Shown here: piece after piece, positions 34,337 through 43,278 of the stretch
Numbering within the stretch: the stretch's first letter is position 1
Layout of the letters: every line of letters starts with the position of its first letter
Origin: Aquirufa sp.
Lineage (GTDB): Bacteria > Bacteroidota > Bacteroidia > Cytophagales > Spirosomataceae
Length of the DNA stretch: 64,000 nucleotides
Direction of reading: 5' to 3'
NCBI RefSeq assembly: GCF_044342065.1
Contig: NZ_JBIIQN010000010.1
Span: 3,764 to 67,763 of the forward strand
The notes under the pieces: generated by a model
Told to the model about the DNA's origin: nothing
Database searches by the model: none
Seen by the model: only the letters and a program-made list of their open reading frames with translations
Position numbers and translations under genes: made by a program

Positions 34337-34738
34337 TTATTTTTTCAGATCAATGTAATTAACATACGTAATGTTGTCTTTCTTGTATTCTTGGTACAAT
34401 GTCAATGTTTTTGCCGTTAAATTGCGGATCTCAAGCACACTATCACTTCCGTCGGCCTCCCCTTCAATTATTGAGATTTTTTTATTCTTTTCGATGACTT
34501 TGTATCGAGCTGCCCCTCGACTATTTTGCATGAAAACAATCATATCCGTTGTGGTGAATTCTATATAGTCATCCATTTTTCCTACGTATTCATATGTTGA
34601 TTTTCCATTCTCCGTGCTTCGGGATACCAACAATTGCCATTTTCCTATAATGGAAAGCTCTGGTGCAGCGGGCATAAGCGCTTCGTCTTTGGAACAGCCG
34701 AACATGAGCAATGTTGTTAATAAGAAAATTGACTTCAT
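34337..34738 (-). CDS. Lipocalin-like lipoprotein
   Basis: Lipobox MFGC; IIGKWQL...YIEF...IRNLTAKTLTL. Confidence 0.7.
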   Translation of the reverse strand: MKSIFLLTTLLMFGCSKDEALMPAAPELSIIGKWQLLVSRSTENGKSTYEYVGKMDDYIEFTTTDMIVFMQNSRGAARYKVIEKNKKISIIEGEADGSDSVLEIRNLTAKTLTLYQEYKKDNITYVNYIDLKK

Positions 34739-34839
34739 GAAATTGATTCAATTCTGATTTTTCATAACTTGAGGGAAATCGTTTGATAGTTGTTTACCAT
34801 GCGAAATTATGATATCTCGTAACTTCAATGCAGTAAAAA

Positions 34840-34851
34840 TTATTTAATGGT
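34840..34851 (-). promoter_or_regulatory. Recurrent upstream motif variant ACCATTAAATAA, copy 7
   Basis: 113 nt upstream of the ATG at 34738; TAATTTCG begins 42 nt after the motif start. Confidence 0.5.
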
Positions 34852-34872
34852 CATATTTCTAAACTTACACAC

Positions 34873-35466
34873 ATGAAAAACCTATTCATCTTATTGCTTC
34901 TTGCGAGCTTTACCTCAAACGCCCAATGGATTGATCTATTCAATGGACAAGACTTAAACAACTGGAAAATTAGCGAAAATCCCGCTTCCTTCCACATCGA
35001 AAATGGTGAACTCATCGTCAATGGAAACCGCGGACACCTCTTTTACAATGGCTATACGCCCAAGAATTTTGAAGTACATGCCCGCGTGAAAACCTACCCT
35101 GGTGCGAATTCTGGGCTGTACGTTTGTACGGCATTTTTGGAAAAAGACTGGCCAAAACAGGGCTATGAGATTCAAGTGAATAATTCACATACCGACTGGC
35201 GTCGTACCGCATCGGTTTATGGAATCGTGGATACCAAAGAAACCTATGTTAAAGATGAAGAGTGGTTTGATCTCAACGTCATCGTTCAAGGCAATCACAT
35301 CACGACGAAAATCAATGGCAAAACGGTGATTGATTATACTGAGCCTGCCGACCGCACCAATGGCACCGATCAGCGTAAAATTCAAGCTGGTACCATTGCC
35401 ATTCAAGCGCATGATCCGAAAAGTAAGGTAGCCTACCAAAAAATTCAGATCCGGGAAATCAAATGA
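34873..35466 (+). CDS. DUF1080 (3-keto-disaccharide hydrolase-like) protein
   Basis: WIDLFNGQDL..W, NSGLY, GYEIQV, GTIAIQAHD. Confidence 0.9.
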   Translation: MKNLFILLLLASFTSNAQWIDLFNGQDLNNWKISENPASFHIENGELIVNGNRGHLFYNGYTPKNFEVHARVKTYPGANSGLYVCTAFLEKDWPKQGYEIQVNNSHTDWRRTASVYGIVDTKETYVKDEEWFDLNVIVQGNHITTKINGKTVIDYTEPADRTNGTDQRKIQAGTIAIQAHDPKSKVAYQKIQIREIK

Positions 35467-35735
35467 TGACCCAATCGGATTTCAAACCGCTACTTAAGCA
35501 CGGGAAGATTTTTGTCCTGGATGTTCGTAATCAAAAAGATTTTGATGATGGACATATTCCTTGGGCAAAACACATTCCCTTGAGCCAATTAGGTGATCGG
35601 CTGCATGAACTACCCACCAATTTGCCCATCATAGCCGTTTGTGGAAAAGGGGGAGGGCGCTCAGTGGAGGCCGTGGCGATGATTCCTGGTGCCGACTGGC
35701 TTGAGGGCGGGACGGATGCTTATTTTGAACAATAA
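35463..35735 (+). CDS. Rhodanese-like domain protein
   Basis: LDVR...F..GHIPWA.HIPL; active-site loop VCGKGGGRS. Confidence 0.9.
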   Translation: MMTQSDFKPLLKHGKIFVLDVRNQKDFDDGHIPWAKHIPLSQLGDRLHELPTNLPIIAVCGKGGGRSVEAVAMIPGADWLEGGTDAYFEQ

Positions 35736-35768
35736 AAAAAGAGGAGCTTTTATCGAGCTCCTCTTTTT
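35736..35768. terminator. Bidirectional intrinsic terminator
   Basis: aaaaagaggagct-tttatcg-agctcctcttttt between convergent genes. Confidence 0.85.
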
Positions 35769-35788
35769 ATTTTCTAAAAACCAATCGA

Positions 35789-37183
35789 TTATAAATCTAC
35801 TGCTTCACCATATGCCGCTTCTGTCGCGCCTTTGAAAGCCTCTGACATTGTCGGATGTGGGTGAATCGATTTCATAATTTCGTAAGCTGTACTTTCTAAT
35901 TTACGAACCACCACAGCTTCTGCAATCAATTCCGTTACGTTGTAACCAATCATGTGTGCGCCTAAAAGTTCACCATATTTGGCATCGTAAATTACTTTAA
36001 CAAAACCATCGCGTGCTCCGGCAGCAGTTGCTTTACCTGAAGCTACGAATGGGAATTTCCCTACTTTGATGTCATAGCCTGCTTCGATTGCCTTCTTCTC
36101 GGTCATACCAACCGAAGAAATTTCAGGCGTGCAATACGTACATCCTGGAATATTGGTGTAATCTAAAGCCTCAGTCTTGTGACCTGCCATTTTTTCTACG
36201 CATATAATACCTTCTGCAGAGGCAACGTGGGCTAATGCTGGGCCAGGAGTCACATCACCAATTGCGTAATAACCCGGAATATTGGTTTCGTACCAGGCGT
36301 TTACCGGAATACGTCCTTTGTCTACAATGATACCTACTTCTTCTAAACCAATGTTTTCCAAATTGCAAATCACACCCGCCGCAGAAAGGACGATGTCGCA
36401 TTGGATATCTTGATTGCCCGTTGGCGTTTTCACACTCACTTTGCAACCTTTTCCTTTGGTATCTACTGACTCCACACTCGATGAAGTCAAGATATCGATG
36501 CCCATTTTCTTGTATTGTTTCGCCAATTCTTTTGACACATCTTCATCCTCTACAGGAACGATGTTTGGCATAAATTCAACGATGGTTACTTTGGTGCCCA
36601 TGGCTGCGTATACATAGGCAAACTCAACGCCAATTGCTCCTGAACCGATGATTACTAATGAATCTGGACGTTTTTCCAAACTCATGGCCTTACGGTACTC
36701 GATAACTTTTTCTCCGTCGATGGGGATATTAGGTAAGGCACGCGCACGCGCACCTGTCGCTATCATGATATTCTTTCCTTCGTAGATCGTTGCTTTTCCA
36801 TCGGCATCCGTCACTTCCACCTTTTTGCCTGGTTGGATTTTACCGTGACCCATGATTACGTCGATCTTGTTTTTCTTCATTAAAAACTGAACCCCTTTGC
36901 TCATGTTATCGGCCACCCCACGAGAACGTGCGATTACGGCTGAAAAATCAGCTTCAGCACCTTTGACGGTAATTCCGTAATCAGCTGCATGTTTGATGTA
37001 TTCAAAAACACTGGCTGATTTTAACAAGGCTTTGGTAGGGATACATCCCCAGTTTAAGCAGATTCCTCCCAAAGATTCCTTCTCCACGACTGCACATTTT
37101 AAACCTAATTGAGAAGCTCGGATAGCTGCTACATACCCCCCAGGGCCTGAGCCTACCACGATCAAATCGTATTGTTGCGCCAT
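35789..37183 (-). CDS. lpdA: Dihydrolipoamide dehydrogenase
   Basis: GSGPGGYVAA, GGICLNWGCIPTK redox pair, GSGAIG, HPHPTMSEA; start placed at MAQQYD. Confidence 0.97.
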   Translation of the reverse strand: MAQQYDLIVVGSGPGGYVAAIRASQLGLKCAVVEKESLGGICLNWGCIPTKALLKSASVFEYIKHAADYGITVKGAEADFSAVIARSRGVADNMSKGVQFLMKKNKIDVIMGHGKIQPGKKVEVTDADGKATIYEGKNIMIATGARARALPNIPIDGEKVIEYRKAMSLEKRPDSLVIIGSGAIGVEFAYVYAAMGTKVTIVEFMPNIVPVEDEDVSKELAKQYKKMGIDILTSSSVESVDTKGKGCKVSVKTPTGNQDIQCDIVLSAAGVICNLENIGLEEVGIIVDKGRIPVNAWYETNIPGYYAIGDVTPGPALAHVASAEGIICVEKMAGHKTEALDYTNIPGCTYCTPEISSVGMTEKKAIEAGYDIKVGKFPFVASGKATAAGARDGFVKVIYDAKYGELLGAHMIGYNVTELIAEAVVVRKLESTAYEIMKSIHPHPTMSEAFKGATEAAYGEAVDL

Positions 37184-37233
37184 TTTATTGCTTGATTTAA
37201 ATGAATGAGGCCGCAATTTAGCACAAAATCGGG

Positions 37234-37241
37234 TATATTTG
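37234..37241 (+). promoter_or_regulatory. Bacteroidota -7 promoter element TATATTTG (prfB)
   Basis: Exact TAnnTTTG, 23 nt before the prfB ATG. Confidence 0.6.
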
Positions 37242-37264
37242 TACTTTATTTAGCAGAAATACAC

Positions 37265-38339
37265 ATGACAAGAGACAGGTTCAATGACCTGAAAGCCAGA
37301 ATAGAGGCTTTAAGGAGGTATCTTTGACTACGATCACAAGAAATATTTAATCTCTGAACTGGAGACAGTTACACTCGATCCCGAGTTTTGGAATAATCCT
37401 GAAAAGGCCGAAAGCACCATGCGCGAAATGCGTGGGTTGAAATTTTGGACGGATGGTTTCGATCAATTAACGCGTGCTCAAGACGACTTAGAGACAATCT
37501 GGGAGTTTTACGAAATGGGCGAGGCGACAGAATCCGAGGTAGATGCTGAAGGAGCTAAACTTGACGCTCTACTTGAATCCCTTGAATTCCGTAAAATGAT
37601 GTCGGACGAAGGTGACAACATGAGTGCTGTGCTTGAAATCAATGCCGGCGCTGGTGGCACTGAATCGCAAGATTGGGCTTCGATGTTACTTCGTATGTAT
37701 CACATGTGGGCAGAGAAAAATGGTTTCAAAGTACGTTTAGTTGATGAAAATGCGGGCGATGTGGCCGGAATCAAATCGGTCACTATTGAAGTTGATGGCG
37801 AATTTGCCTATGGCAATTTGAAGTCGGAGAATGGGGTTCATCGTTTGGTGCGCATTTCCCCGTTTGATTCTAATGCCCGTAGGCACACGTCTTTTGCATC
37901 GGTTTATGTTTGTCCTTTAGCGGATGATTCGATTGAAATCGACATTAATCCGGCTGATATCGATTGGGATACTTTCCGTTCTGGTGGTGCGGGTGGACAG
38001 AATGTCAATAAAGTAGAAACAGCCGTTCGTTTGACGCATAAACCCTCTGGGATTATCATCGCCTGTCAGCAGGAGCGTTCGCAATTGCAAAATAAGGAAG
38101 TTGCGTTGCGACTTTTAAAATCGAAATTATATCAAATAGAAATCGATAAACGTAACGCTGCGCGTGCCGAGGTAGAGGCTGGGAAAAAGAAAATCGAATG
38201 GGGCTCGCAGATTCGTTCGTATGTTTTGGATGATCGCCGTGTAAAAGACCACCGAACAAATCACCAAACATCCAACACGGATGCCGTACTTGACGGAGAA
38301 ATCAATGAATTTATTAAGGCTTATTTGATGGAGAACTAA
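37265..38339 (+). CDS. prfB: Peptide chain release factor 2 (programmed +1 frameshift)
   Basis: MTRDRF...RRYL then CTT TGA C; the +1 frame continues DYDHKK... into the 37419 ORF containing SPF and GGQ; ~357 aa. Confidence 0.97.
37313..37328 (+). promoter_or_regulatory. RF2 frameshift cassette AGGAGG-TAT-CTT-TGA-C
   Basis: Internal SD 3 nt before the canonical CTT TGA C slip site. Confidence 0.95.
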
Positions 38340-38345
38340 ACTCTT

Positions 38346-38380
38346 TACCTTTGGCAATCCTCCAAGGTTTGCCAAAGGTA
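38346..38380. terminator. Stem-loop between convergent genes (terminator or REP-like)
   Basis: tacctttggcaa...ttgccaaaggta, perfect 12-bp arms. Confidence 0.65.
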
Positions 38381-38400
38381 GCGGAGAAAAAATCGTTTTG

Positions 38401-38730
38401 TTATTTCTTAACTGATTCTTCTTCCAGCTTTCTTAAATAATCAACTAGTTGGTCTTTTGCTAACGAAAGTGCTATTCCAACAGCATAGGATGTTATCGCG
38501 TTGCTTAAAAAAGAGGATTCTTTTTTCTCTGATTTTTTCTCTGATTTATCACTATCGGTCAACAAAGAATAAATCAAATAGGCCCCAGCAACAACGGCAC
38601 CTGCCACTAGAATTTGTGTACCTTTTTCTTTGGCTACCTGCTTAATATCCGCGATTGATTCGCCAATTTTACCTTCGTAATTAGCAGCTTCAGCTTCTAA
38701 TTTGGCTTTTTTTTCAGTGATCTGACTCAT
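38401..38730 (-). CDS. Small membrane-anchored hypothetical protein
   Basis: Coiled N-terminus plus a hydrophobic segment; overlaps the upstream holin-family gene. Confidence 0.7.
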   Translation of the reverse strand: MSQITEKKAKLEAEAANYEGKIGESIADIKQVAKEKGTQILVAGAVVAGAYLIYSLLTDSDKSEKKSEKKESSFLSNAITSYAVGIALSLAKDQLVDYLRKLEEESVKK

Positions 38731-39076
38731 CTTCTCTATTTTCTTCTTCTACAGCGATTTCTTCTTTTGTTTCAATTTGTGATTCGGTAGGTTGGCGAAA
38801 GCTCGCAACCAGCAAACCTCCCACGATTAGGCATATTCCAGAAACAATGAAATGTCCCCAGTATTGACTGTCTAAATAGGTATTTAGCATATTAGCCAAG
38901 GCGTGAAGAAAAAACAACACACCTATAGCTAAAGCAAATGTAACTATGATGAATTTGAAAATTCTTTCTAATAAGGCTTCTAAGCGCTCTTGAATATCGA
39001 GTTTAACGAGTTCAAATTGCGTTTTGAGGTAGTTTTTTACTAAATCTACCAAGCCATTATTTTCAAAAAATCCCAT
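38714..39076 (-). CDS. Phage-holin-family (DUF1469/YqjE-like) membrane protein
   Basis: YLKTQFELVKLDIQE followed by two TM helices. Confidence 0.75.
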   Translation of the reverse strand: MGFFENNGLVDLVKNYLKTQFELVKLDIQERLEALLERIFKFIIVTFALAIGVLFFLHALANMLNTYLDSQYWGHFIVSGICLIVGGLLVASFRQPTESQIETKEEIAVEEENREDESDH

Positions 39077-39460
39077 TTAGCGTTGTTTTAACTTTGCTTC
39101 AATTGAATGCTGGGTATGCGGAACAAGGCGTAATCGCTCTTTTGAGATAAGCTTACCTGAATCAATGCAAACCCCATAGGTCCCATTTTTTATACGCATC
39201 AAGGCATTTTCAAGGCTTTTTGCGAATTTTTGTTGGCGTACGGCCAATTGATTCATACTCTCTTTTTCTTGGGTATCTGCCCCATCTTCCATGACCTTTG
39301 AGTTACCAGAGGTATCATCTGTACCCGGGTCATTTTTTTTACTTAATGCTTCACGTAAATACTTCAACTCTGCATTGGTTTCCGCTAATTTACTTTGAAT
39401 AATTGCTTCGAACTCTTTTAATTCATCAGCTGAATAACGATTCTTCTCTTCAGTCGCCAT
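39077..39460 (-). CDS. dksA: DksA/TraR family transcription factor (Bacteroidota type)
   Basis: RYSADEL.EF...GTDDTS...EDGAD...NALMRIKNGTYGVC...GKLISKERLRLVPHTQHSIEAK. Confidence 0.88.
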   Translation of the reverse strand: MATEEKNRYSADELKEFEAIIQSKLAETNAELKYLREALSKKNDPGTDDTSGNSKVMEDGADTQEKESMNQLAVRQQKFAKSLENALMRIKNGTYGVCIDSGKLISKERLRLVPHTQHSIEAKLKQR

Positions 39461-39549
39461 AGATAAAAACTCTTTTAATTTTTCTGAACACAGAAAAGTA
39501 TAATTATTTGAATTTCAGCACCTTACTGAACCTCCTGTGTTCCAATCTA

Positions 39550-39557
39550 CAAAGATA
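39550..39557 (-). promoter_or_regulatory. Bacteroidota -7 promoter element TATCTTTG (dksA)
   Basis: Exact TAnnTTTG, ~90 nt upstream of the start. Confidence 0.55.
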
Positions 39558-39623
39558 ATTTTATTGGACTATTTTGTATGCGCTTTACCATAAAATCTCA
39601 GACAATTTTTTTAATAGCCTGAT

Positions 39624-40163
39624 TTATAGCTTTTTATACCATGATGTCCAGCCATAAATTGCTAAAATTATGTATATAGCATACAAGGCTGCCGTACCAT
39701 GTAAGCCGTTCACGATGTACATTCCCACATAGGCAATATCAACTAAAATCCATAAAATCCAATTTTCAATTTTTCGCTGAGCAGCCCAAAAGGTTCCTAA
39801 AATACTTAACCCAGCTAAGCAGGCATCCCAGTAAGGGTTCTTAACCTGTGTCGTGTAACGTTCATGTAAATATCCCGCAACAAGTCCATAAAGTAATGCG
39901 ATCATTATCCCTGAAATATTTTGTGCCAAACTGTTTTTTGTGGGTTTCCATTCAGCTTCTGCCTGCTGCCATTGATACAATCCGTAGGCCGACATCAAAA
40001 TAAAAACGAGCTGTAATTCCATGTCAGAATACAATCCTGCTTGATAAAAAATGAATATATAAAGGCAGGATGCTAACATATTCCAAATCCAGGCCGTGGG
40101 TTTTCTTTGACTTGAAAAATATACGCCCATTAAGGATGCTATGATTCCGGCTGCTTCAATCAT
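39624..40163 (-). CDS. pnuC: Nicotinamide riboside transporter PnuC
   Basis: YGLYQW, PYWDA, AQRKIENWILWILVD, YGWTSW; start at MIEAAG overlaps the nth stop (ATGA). Confidence 0.88.
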   Translation of the reverse strand: MIEAAGIIASLMGVYFSSQRKPTAWIWNMLASCLYIFIFYQAGLYSDMELQLVFILMSAYGLYQWQQAEAEWKPTKNSLAQNISGIMIALLYGLVAGYLHERYTTQVKNPYWDACLAGLSILGTFWAAQRKIENWILWILVDIAYVGMYIVNGLHGTAALYAIYIILAIYGWTSWYKKL

Positions 40164-40807
40164 TTCCCTGAATTTTTTGTGAAATACGTACAGAAATGTG
40201 TAATGCCACATGCTGAACAATTCGGTTTACGAGCTAAGCAAATATAACGACCATGTAAGATCAGCCAATGATGAGCCCGGGGTATAATGTCGTTTGGTAA
40301 ATGCCGAATTAAAGCTTTTTCTACAAGCAAAGGTGTTTTCGCGGTCTGTGGAACTAAGCCCAACCTTCTCGATACACGAAAAACATGCGTATCCACAGCC
40401 ATTGCTGGTTGATTATAAATGACCGATGCGATAACATTTGCGGTCTTACGTCCTACCCCAGGTAGGCTTTGTAAATCTTCCAAGGTCTCAGGTACTTTAC
40501 CAGCAAATTGGTCAACCAACTTTTGTCCTAGGCCGAGTAAATGTTTGGCCTTATTATTGGGATACGATACGGAACGGATGAAACTAAATATCTCCTCAAC
40601 ACTGGATTCTGCAAGTGCTTTTGGATCAGGGAATCGTTTAAACAAGGCAGGGGTAACTTGATTGATGCGTTTGTCGGTGCATTGTGCAGACAATACAACA
40701 GCCACCAACAACTCAAAGGGATTGCTGTAATGTAATTCCGTTTCCGCCTCAGGGAATGAGGATTCGAAATGGGAAATAAATGCTTGAAATCGTTCCTTTT
40801 TTAACAT
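40160..40807 (-). CDS. nth: Endonuclease III
   Basis: LSAQCTDKRIN, HhH LPGVGRKTAN, VDTHVFRV, 4Fe-4S CLARKPNCSACGITHFC. Confidence 0.97.
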   Translation of the reverse strand: MLKKERFQAFISHFESSFPEAETELHYSNPFELLVAVVLSAQCTDKRINQVTPALFKRFPDPKALAESSVEEIFSFIRSVSYPNNKAKHLLGLGQKLVDQFAGKVPETLEDLQSLPGVGRKTANVIASVIYNQPAMAVDTHVFRVSRRLGLVPQTAKTPLLVEKALIRHLPNDIIPRAHHWLILHGRYICLARKPNCSACGITHFCTYFTKNSGK

Positions 40808-40846
40808 CACGGGTAATTTGATGCAAAATAAGAAACAATTTCAAGA

Positions 40847-41059
40847 TTAAGATTGAATCGACTCTTTGTGTTTGGAATAATCCAAAATGCGATCAATCAC
40901 ACGCTCTGACGGGGCAATGTATGCCTGGTCTAATGCGTTTTGGACCTGTTGGAATGCCGCTAACTCCGAGCGTATTCCTGGATTTGATAATTCGTTGATG
41001 CCTAATTGAGGCTCGTACAAGTTTTTAATAAGGTCATTTGGGGTAAAGCTTTGCGTCAT
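40847..41059 (-). CDS. Small conserved protein downstream of the ECF sigma
   Basis: MTQSFTPNDLIKNLY...PSERVIDRILDYS; overlaps the sigma 3' end. Confidence 0.65.
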   Translation of the reverse strand: MTQSFTPNDLIKNLYEPQLGINELSNPGIRSELAAFQQVQNALDQAYIAPSERVIDRILDYSKHKESIQS

Positions 41060-41633
41060 AGGCAATCTCTTGTTTGTTTAGCATTTTCCTCAGGTTGATT
41101 AGCGCATAGCGCATTCTTCCCAAAGCTGTGTTGATGCTCACGCCCGTTTGATCTGCAATTTCTTGAAAACTTAAGTCTTCATAATGTCGCATGACCAATA
41201 CTTCACGTTGTTCATCAGGTAATTTTTTTATCATTTCCCGAATGTTTTCTACTTGATCCGCCTTCATCTGCTGCTCCTCTATAGAGTCTTCTGCAAAATC
41301 AAAGCTGTTGAAAACTTTCGAACCATCTTCTAATACAATCGTAGGATAACGTTTTTCCTTCCTAAAATGATCAATCGCCATGTTGTGCGAAATACGCAGA
41401 ATCCAGGGTAAAAATTTCCCTTCTTCATTGTAGCGTCCCGACTTGATCACGTCGATCGCTTTAATATATGCTTCTTGCATTAAGTCTTCCGCAATGTAGC
41501 GGTCCTTAACGATCAAGTAAATAGTCGTATAAACTTTGGATTTACTGCGTTTGACCAATGTCTCAAACGCTTTATCGTCCCCTTGGATGTATGCTGATAA
41601 TAAAGCCGCATCGCTAACCTGAATTTTAATCAT
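41034..41633 (-). CDS. ECF-type sigma-70 factor
   Basis: AEDLMQEAYIK...FLPWILRISHN; LPDEQREVLVMRHYEDLSFQEIA...INTALGRMRYAL. Confidence 0.95.
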   Translation of the reverse strand: MIKIQVSDAALLSAYIQGDDKAFETLVKRSKSKVYTTIYLIVKDRYIAEDLMQEAYIKAIDVIKSGRYNEEGKFLPWILRISHNMAIDHFRKEKRYPTIVLEDGSKVFNSFDFAEDSIEEQQMKADQVENIREMIKKLPDEQREVLVMRHYEDLSFQEIADQTGVSINTALGRMRYALINLRKMLNKQEIAYDAKLYPK

Positions 41634-41727
41634 AAAACTTCAAAATTGTTAACGTAGAGGTTTATCTCATATTGTATCTCCTATGTATTTTTTGGACGAA
41701 AAATTAATATTTGTCTTGATGACCTTC

Positions 41728-41735
41728 CAAAAGTA
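41728..41735 (-). promoter_or_regulatory. Bacteroidota -7 promoter element TACTTTTG (ECF sigma)
   Basis: Exact TAnnTTTG, ~95 nt upstream of the start. Confidence 0.5.
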
Positions 41736-41878
41736 GACAAAACTTTTTTAAAACAAAATCGTTTTACAATTATCTATGACAAAAAATTAGTAAATTTTTA
41801 ATCTTTTTTGGCATAAAATAAAGACTCGAGTATCTAAATCAATTAACTTCGTTTTCCAATTTAATTTTATCTTTTATT

Positions 41879-42484
41879 ATGAAAAAAACCTTATCTCTTG
41901 CATTTATTTTCTGTTTATCAGCGGTTCAGTTGTTAGCTCAATCCAATCCTACTGACTATGCTGGGACATTCAAGCTTTCAGAAAACCCTTATGTTAAATC
42001 GGTTACCATTTCAGTTAAAGACAACAAAGTTATTATGGCCGCTGAAGGTTTTCCAGAATCTGAACTAACTGCAGGCAAAGCGGCTGATGAATTTACACTT
42101 GAGTCGATGAGTGCCACCCTTGTGTTTACGCGTGAAGCAGGCGTTGTTAAGGGGTTGAAAATTGAAGCTCAAGGCCAAGTAGTAACGGGAGTGAAGGATA
42201 GTGGAGCTAGTTTAGAGGACTATGTTGCCTCGTTTAAAATGGCTGATAACGAATACGTTAAGAAAATTATCATTGCGATGAAGGATGGCCAATTAGCATT
42301 GAGTTCAGATGCTAATCCTGCTGAAGGTGCCGTATTAAAACCAACCAACGGGAAAGATACTTTTTCTGCAACGATTCAAGGCTACGATGCTGACGTGATT
42401 TTCTCACGAGCTGCAGGCAAAGTTGCCTCGATTAAGTTATCGGTAGCCGGTGGCCAAGTAGTATTAACTGGCGATCGCGAATAA
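41879..42484 (+). CDS. Secreted protein with two tandem DUF3471-like beta domains
   Basis: Signal peptide; DYAGTFKLSENPYVK... and DYVASFKMADNEYVK... internal duplication. Confidence 0.75.
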   Translation: MKKTLSLAFIFCLSAVQLLAQSNPTDYAGTFKLSENPYVKSVTISVKDNKVIMAAEGFPESELTAGKAADEFTLESMSATLVFTREAGVVKGLKIEAQGQVVTGVKDSGASLEDYVASFKMADNEYVKKIIIAMKDGQLALSSDANPAEGAVLKPTNGKDTFSATIQGYDADVIFSRAAGKVASIKLSVAGGQVVLTGDRE

Positions 42485-42494
42485 CACTGAATGG

Positions 42495-42529
42495 TAAGGG
42501 CTAGGCTTTAAACAAAAGGCTAGCCCTTA
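42495..42529. terminator. Intrinsic terminator between convergent genes
   Basis: taagggctag...ctagccctta followed by a T-run on +. Confidence 0.7.
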
Positions 42530-43243
42530 TTTTAATGCCCTTTTGTACATTTGGATGGTATTCTCCAATCCATAATATAGCGCATCGCATATCAAGGCAT
42601 GTCCAATAGACACCTCATCCAATGGGGCAACATTAGCCTTAAAAAATGCCAAATTTTCCAAACTTAAATCATGGCCCGCATTAACCCCTAAGCCCAGTTG
42701 GCTAGCGCGAAATGCCGCCTTCCGATATGCCGAAACGGCCTGTGTTGGATTCTTAAAAAACTGTTCCGCGTAAGGTTCTGTATATAGCTCAATCCGATCG
42801 GTTCCGGTTGTTGCTGCTGCTTCAACCATCTCCATCACCGGGTCAACGAAGATCGAGGTACGTATGCCAACTTCCTTAAATTGTGCGATTAATGCTTGTA
42901 ATAAACCTTGGTGTTGGATGGTATCCCAGCCATGATTCGAGGTGATTTGCCCCAAGGCATCCGGAACCAGTGTAACCTGATCGGGTCGAACCTCCATCAC
43001 CAATTCAATGAAAGAGGCTTCCATCGGATTCCCCTCGATGTTGAATTCGGTTTTTACCACTTCTTTTAATGCGCGCACATCCGCATAACGAATATGGCGT
43101 TCATCCGGCCTCGGGTGAACCGTAATGCCTTCCGCGCCAAATCGCTCACAATCCAAAGCCACCTGAATGACATCCGGGTTATTACCTCCGCGTGCATTAC
43201 GTAGGGTGGCAATCTTGTTGATATTTACACTGAGTCTAGTCAT
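42527..43243 (-). CDS. pdxJ: Pyridoxine 5'-phosphate synthase
   Basis: [43 protein letters not shown]. Confidence 0.97.
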   Translation of the reverse strand: MTRLSVNINKIATLRNARGGNNPDVIQVALDCERFGAEGITVHPRPDERHIRYADVRALKEVVKTEFNIEGNPMEASFIELVMEVRPDQVTLVPDALGQITSNHGWDTIQHQGLLQALIAQFKEVGIRTSIFVDPVMEMVEAAATTGTDRIELYTEPYAEQFFKNPTQAVSAYRKAAFRASQLGLGVNAGHDLSLENLAFFKANVAPLDEVSIGHALICDALYYGLENTIQMYKRALK

Positions 43244-43248
43244 GTCAT

Positions 43249-43274
43249 AAAAAAAGGCCGGTATTGCCGGCCTT
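43249..43274 (-). terminator. Intrinsic terminator between asd and pdxJ
   Basis: Minus strand aaggccgg-caata-ccggcctt-ttttt, ending 5 nt before the pdxJ ATG. Confidence 0.75.
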
Positions 43275-43278
43275 CTCT

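Noticed and set aside
37419-38339. ORF-track start for RF2
   Set aside because: The true start is 37265, with a +1 frameshift at CTT TGA.
33055-39076. Prophage remnant suggested by the GH25 lysozyme and the holin-family gene
   Set aside because: The two genes are ~5 kb apart among housekeeping genes, no phage structural or integrase genes are present, and both families are common chromosomal genes.
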